Below are positions 59,533 to 64,000 of a DNA stretch of 64,000 nucleotides, one piece after another. The number at the start of each line of letters is the position of its first letter. Within the stretch, counting starts at the first letter, position 1. The notes under the pieces were generated by a model that worked only from the letters and a program-made list of their open reading frames with translations, had not been told where the DNA came from and made no database searches. The stretch is from an uncultured Erythrobacter sp. (GTDB lineage Bacteria > Pseudomonadota > Alphaproteobacteria > Sphingomonadales > Sphingomonadaceae), in NCBI GenBank assembly GCA_947488085.1, contig CANKYI010000001.1:1247928-1311927 (forward strand), in the 5' to 3' direction. The translations under genes were made by a program, and so were the position numbers.

Positions 59533-62103
59533 CTAACTCTTAGCAGGCGCTTTTTTGGCCGGAGCTTTTTTCTTAGCTGCCGTCTTTTTTGGAGCAGCCT
59601 TTTTCTTCGGTGCGGCCTTTTTGCGCTTTTTCTTCGCCGGTCCTTTCGCCGCACGCGCGTCGATCAATTCGATTGCTTGCACCGCTTCAATATCCTCCGG
59701 CTTCACGTCCTTGGGAATGGTCGCATTCGTGGTGCCGTCGGTGACATAGGGCCCATAGCGACCCGGCATTACCTTGATCTCGCCGCCGCTGGTTGGGTGT
59801 TCGCCCAGCGTCTTGATCGGTTCCGCCTTGCCGCGTCCGCCGCCTTTACGATTAGCAGCTTCGGCGAGCAGGGTGACAGCGGCATTCATGCCAGTTTCAA
59901 ACACATCACGCGTACTGGTCAGCTTCGCATATTTGCCATCGTGGCGCAGATACGGGCCATATCGGCCAATTGCCGCCTCAATCTCGTTGCCGGTTTCCGG
60001 GTGCGCACCGATGATGCGGGGCAAGTCGAGCAGTTTAACCGCCCATTCAAGGTCGAAATCGTCGAGATCCTTGGGGATGCTCGCCCGTTTCTTCTTCTCC
60101 TCATGCTCCATTTCCACATAAGGGCCGAAGCGGCCCGATTTGCGGTGAATTTCTGCGCCGGTTTCCGGGTGGGTGCCCATCAACCCATCTTCACTGCCAT
60201 CACCGCCATCTGCGCCCGGTTGAGCAAAGCGACGGGTGTATTTGCATTCGGGATAATTCTGGCACGCGATGAACGCGCCAAAGCGACCCCCGCGCAGCGA
60301 GATGCGCCCGCCCTCGCGCCCTTCGGTCTCACAAAGCGGGCAATGGCGTGCATCCTTGCCATCTTCGCGCTCTGGGAAGAGATAGTCGGAAAGATATTCG
60401 TCGAGCACCTCGGTGACTTCGGACGGCAATTTCTCCATCACCTCTTCGGTTTTGGGTTTGAAATCCTTCCAGAATTTCGCAAGCAATGCTTTGTAATCCT
60501 CGCGCCCATCAGACACGGTATCAAGTTCATCCTCCATCCCTGCGGTGAAGTCATAAGCGACATAGGTGGGGAAGAAGCGCTCAAGAAATGCTGTGAGAAG
60601 TCGGCCTGATTCCTCTGCAAAAAAACGATTTTTCTCCATTCGAACATAGTCACGGTCGCGCAATGTCTGAATGGTTGAGGCATAAGTCGATGGCCGACCA
60701 ATGCCGAGCTCTTCGAGCCGTTTGACGAGCGAAGCCTCAGAGAAACGAGGCGGTGGCTGAGTGAAATGTTGCGTGGCCTCGACATCCTTTTTCGCAGGCG
60801 CATCGCCGGTCTTCATGGCGGGCAGCAAGCCGTCTTCATCCTCGTCAGATTTGTCGTCAAATCCTTCCTGATAAACCGCAAGAAATCCCGGGAATTTGAT
60901 GACCTGACCCGTCGCGCGCAGTTCATGCTGACCCGTCGCATCGCGCATTGTCACCGTGGTCCGCTCCAATTGCGCAGCGGCCATCTGGCTGGCCATGGCG
61001 CGTTTGAAGATCAGCGAATAGAGCTTTGCCTCATCGCCAGAGCCTGCCCGATCCTGTTTGAAGTTGGTGGGGCGGATCGCCTCGTGCGCTTCCTGAGCGT
61101 TCTTGGCTTTCGTGCTATAAAAGCGCGGTTTTTCCGGGCGGTATTCAGTCGCAAAGCGGTCTTCAATCGCATCGCGTGCGGCCATGATCGCGCTCATATC
61201 CATCTGTACGCCGTCGGTCCGCATATAGGTGATCGCGCCCGCCTCATAGAGCGACTGCGCACACCGCATCGTATGACTGGCCGAGAAACCGAGCTTACGC
61301 GCGGCCTCTTGTTGCATGGTGGAGGTTGTGAAAGGCGGCGATGGGTTACGCTTGAGCGGCTTTGTCTCAACGCCCTCGACCGTAAAGCGGCCCCCTTCGA
61401 CGGCGGCCTTTACCTCCATCGCTTGTGCTTCTTTACCGAGTGACAGCTTCTCCAGCTTCTCTCCGTTGAACCGAACCAATCGCGCGTCGAACGCGGTGCC
61501 ATCATGCTCCATCTTGGCAAGCACAGACCAATATTCGTCGGGGTTGAACGCTTCGATCTCACGCTCCCGATCCACGATCAGGCGCAAAGCCACTGACTGC
61601 ACCCGACCCGCAGACTTCGCCCCCGGCAGCTTGCGCCACAAGACTGGCGAGAGTGTAAATCCGAAAAGGTAATCCAGCGCGCGGCGTCCCAAATAGGCAT
61701 CGATCAATGGCTGATCGAGTTCACGCGGAGCCGCCATCGCCTCTGTCACGGCCTTTTTGGTGATCGAGTTGAACGTCACTCGATCCACCTTGGTCGGCAG
61801 GCGTTTGCGCTTTTTCAAAAGCTCCTGAACGTGCCAACTGATCGCTTCACCTTCACGGTCAGGGTCGGTTGCGAGCACAAGGCGGCTCGCATCCTTGGCG
61901 GCGTCCGCAATCTCTTTAAACCGGCTTTGCTTGTCGCGATACAGCTCCCAATCCATCGCGAAATCTTCATCCGGACGCACACTGCCGTCCTTAGGCGGCA
62001 GATCGCGGACGTGACCGTATGAGGCGAGAACCTTGAAGTCGGCGCCCAGATATTTCTCGATAGTCTTCGCCTTGGCGGGCGATTCAACGATGACAAGTTG
62101 CAT
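59533..62103 (-). CDS. topA: DNA topoisomerase I
   Basis: VIVESPAK, TDPDREGEAI, SAGRVQS, ITYMRTD (catalytic Tyr), C-terminal repeats and Lys-rich tail. Confidence 0.99.
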   Translation of the reverse strand: MQLVIVESPAKAKTIEKYLGADFKVLASYGHVRDLPPKDGSVRPDEDFAMDWELYRDKQSRFKEIADAAKDASRLVLATDPDREGEAISWHVQELLKKRKRLPTKVDRVTFNSITKKAVTEAMAAPRELDQPLIDAYLGRRALDYLFGFTLSPVLWRKLPGAKSAGRVQSVALRLIVDREREIEAFNPDEYWSVLAKMEHDGTAFDARLVRFNGEKLEKLSLGKEAQAMEVKAAVEGGRFTVEGVETKPLKRNPSPPFTTSTMQQEAARKLGFSASHTMRCAQSLYEAGAITYMRTDGVQMDMSAIMAARDAIEDRFATEYRPEKPRFYSTKAKNAQEAHEAIRPTNFKQDRAGSGDEAKLYSLIFKRAMASQMAAAQLERTTVTMRDATGQHELRATGQVIKFPGFLAVYQEGFDDKSDEDEDGLLPAMKTGDAPAKKDVEATQHFTQPPPRFSEASLVKRLEELGIGRPSTYASTIQTLRDRDYVRMEKNRFFAEESGRLLTAFLERFFPTYVAYDFTAGMEDELDTVSDGREDYKALLAKFWKDFKPKTEEVMEKLPSEVTEVLDEYLSDYLFPEREDGKDARHCPLCETEGREGGRISLRGGRFGAFIACQNYPECKYTRRFAQPGADGGDGSEDGLMGTHPETGAEIHRKSGRFGPYVEMEHEEKKKRASIPKDLDDFDLEWAVKLLDLPRIIGAHPETGNEIEAAIGRYGPYLRHDGKYAKLTSTRDVFETGMNAAVTLLAEAANRKGGGRGKAEPIKTLGEHPTSGGEIKVMPGRYGPYVTDGTTNATIPKDVKPEDIEAVQAIELIDARAAKGPAKKKRKKAAPKKKAAPKKTAAKKKAPAKKAPAKS

Positions 62104-62235
62104 GGTAGAGGTTTGATTTCCTTACACGTGTACGTACGCGCGAGAGTGGGGCGGGATTGATTAGGGCGTCAAGTAAGTTTGCGTGTCATGCCACGCAAGA
62201 GCGCAGTTTTGCGAGGGATGCGATTGTGAATGCGG

Positions 62236-62655
62236 TTATTCGAAGACTTCCGTCAGTTCCGCAGTGTTGTCTCTCACAAGCGAATAAACGGCGATACCAA
62301 TTGCTCCCACTGACGCCCCGCCCAAAGCGAGAAGCAAATTCGCGATGGCTGATGGGATCAGATCGATCATTCCCATAGCGTCAAAGTTGAAGAACAAGAT
62401 CGCAAAACCGGCCAAATACATCGCGACCGGAACAGCAATTGCGATCAAAATGGCCACAAAATGATCCCCCGTTAACCGCCATGATTTTTCAAAAGCAGCA
62501 GAGACCCCGTCTCCATCCACAAGGCCAAAGCCGTAAATTGGTGCCCATCGCACGAACACCACGATGCCCGGAATGATCAAGACCACCAATCCCAAGGCAA
62601 TGCCAACCCCGCTCAATAAAGAGAGGCCGAAAAAAGTTCCGAAACCGCCTTTCAC
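62236..62655 (-). CDS. Membrane protein, C-terminal fragment or second half
   Basis: LIIPGIVVFVRW and SAAFEKSWRLT-D-F motifs typical of multi-TM YciC-like membrane proteins; starts at a GTG overlapping the upstream stop. Confidence 0.65.
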   Translation of the reverse strand: MKGGFGTFFGLSLLSGVGIALGLVVLIIPGIVVFVRWAPIYGFGLVDGDGVSAAFEKSWRLTGDHFVAILIAIAVPVAMYLAGFAILFFNFDAMGMIDLIPSAIANLLLALGGASVGAIGIAVYSLVRDNTAELTEVFE

Positions 62656-62897
62656 CCCTCAGACACCAAACCGCCATCCTGAAGCATGCTGACTAAAAAC
62701 CAATATGTCAGACCGAGGGAAACGATGTTGAACATCAGATTGGGCCCGGTAACGTCTTCAAGTGTATCAATATACATGCCGCCAATAGTGAGCACCGTGG
62801 CGTAGACTACCGCGCTGGGCAATGCCGCTTTGGCGAGACGTCTGGCCTCTAAGAATATCGTGTCTGCACCCAAGCTTTGGGATAGGCCGCCATTCAT
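62652..62897 (-). CDS. Membrane protein, N-terminal fragment or first half
   Basis: 81 aa with 2 TM segments; ends GAG GGG TGA, in the -1 relation to the next ORF. Confidence 0.55.
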   Translation of the reverse strand: MNGGLSQSLGADTIFLEARRLAKAALPSAVVYATVLTIGGMYIDTLEDVTGPNLMFNIVSLGLTYWFLVSMLQDGGLVSEG

Positions 62898-62901
62898 CAC
62901 T

Positions 62902-64000
62902 TCACCCTGACAACCCGACATGCCCGCCCGCGTGCCGTTCCAATTCCCCGCCAAGCTCCAGCTCAAGCAGAACCATATGAACGGCTGCGGCGCTTGCCCC
63001 GGATTGGCGGATCAGTTCATCGACCGCAATTGGCGCGGTGGTCATGAGCCTTTTAACCGCGTCGCCTTCATCGCCCGTTGCTTTGCCCTCACCCCATTGG
63101 AGTTTGCTCAACTCCTCGTAATCGAACGCCGTCCGCTCCTCTGCCACGCGGAATTGGGATCGCGGTGCACCTATGAAACTTTCGAGCAGTTCGACGACTT
63201 CGCTCGGATCGCTGACAAGGACAGCCCCGTCTCGGATCAGCTGGTTGCAGCCATGTGATCGCGTATCGAGCGGCGAGCCGGGAATTGCCATGACTTCGCG
63301 CCCGGCCTCCCCAGCAAGTCGCGCGGTGATCAACGATCCGGATTTGGGTGCAGCTTCAACCACTAAAGTGCCGCTTGCCAGCCCTGCAATAATGCGGTTG
63401 CGGCTGGGGAAATGGCGGCCTCGCGGCTCCGTGCCCGGCGGTTGTTCGGCAACGAGCAGGCCTTCTTTGGCGATGCGTTCTTGCAGATCGGTGTGCTGCG
63501 GTGGGTAGGCGATATCGATGCCGCTTGCGATCACGCCAATGGTTTTTGGTAGAGAGCCTTGATGTGCAGCCCCATCAATCCCGCGCGCCAGTCCTGAGAC
63601 GACGGTGAAGCCTGCCCTTGCCAATTCCTCAGCAAAATCGCGCGCCAGTTTGCATGCGGCGGCGGACGCATTGCGCGCACCAACCATCGCCACACACGGC
63701 GTGTTCACCAGCTCCAATCGCCCGCGACAGGTGACGATAGGCGGGGCGCTTTCGATGGCGCTCAACAAAGGGGGATAATCAGGCTGATCGTGGAACAGAT
63801 ACCGCGCGCCGGCAGCAATAACGCCCTCAATCTCACGCTCAATTCGATCCGTTAGAGCGGGACGGTAGGGTGTCTTTCCGCGCGATCCCAAGTCAGGCAG
63901 CGCCTCTATCGCCGCCTGCGCATTGCCGAATCGGGCGATCAATTGAGCATAGCTGACCGGCCCAATATTGGGTGAGCGCAGCAAGCGAATGCGTGCAAAG
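62902..64000 (-). CDS. dprA: DNA-processing protein DprA (5' end outside the window)
   Basis: VGARNAS, VSGLARGIDGAAH, FPSRNRIIAG, EAAPKSGSLITA and GCNQLIRDGA motifs; frame open to the window edge. Confidence 0.96.
   Translation of the reverse strand, partial: FARIRLLRSPNIGPVSYAQLIARFGNAQAAIEALPDLGSRGKTPYRPALTDRIEREIEGVIAAGARYLFHDQPDYPPLLSAIESAPPIVTCRGRLELVNTPCVAMVGARNASAAACKLARDFAEELARAGFTVVSGLARGIDGAAHQGSLPKTIGVIASGIDIAYPPQHTDLQERIAKEGLLVAEQPPGTEPRGRHFPSRNRIIAGLASGTLVVEAAPKSGSLITARLAGEAGREVMAIPGSPLDTRSHGCNQLIRDGAVLVSDPSEVVELLESFIGAPRSQFRVAEERTAFDYEELSKLQWGEGKATGDEGDAVKRLMTTAPIAVDELIRQSGASAAAVHMVLLELELGGELERHAGGHVGLSG

Overview
64 kb of core chromosome from a GC-rich alphaproteobacterium. 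Gene content and order point to Sphingomonadales, probably Erythrobacteraceae (inference). Housekeeping blocks: secA, argJ, the ahcY-divL-tsaE-amgK-murU-addB-addA-trxA block, folE, tRNA-Arg(ACG), two Flp pilins, accA, xerD, aroKB, a propionyl-CoA operon (pccB-mce-scpA-bioB-pccA) interleaved with accessory genes, gor, a DEAD-box helicase, pgi, lepB-rnc-era, topA and dprA. No CRISPR array, prophage, IS element or rRNA was seen. The strongest candidate for an undescribed system is a 91-aa signal-peptide ORF directly upstream of secA. The 7 nt starting 1 nt after its stop codon are perfectly complementary to the secA ribosome-binding region, and two hairpins lie between them. This is a SecM-like secretion-monitor architecture, but without a canonical RAGP/RAPP arrest motif. 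Other leads: a 6-Cys secreted peptide in an AT-rich islet, stand-alone SIR2-like and Abi-alpha-like genes, a periplasmic-TPR/GGDEF/EAL receptor behind a beta-barrel gene, unanchored Cys-paired TonB_C-like proteins, and two genes apparently split by -1 frameshifts at 4-nt homopolymers. Start codons were refined by eye. Family calls come from motif recognition only; no database search was run.
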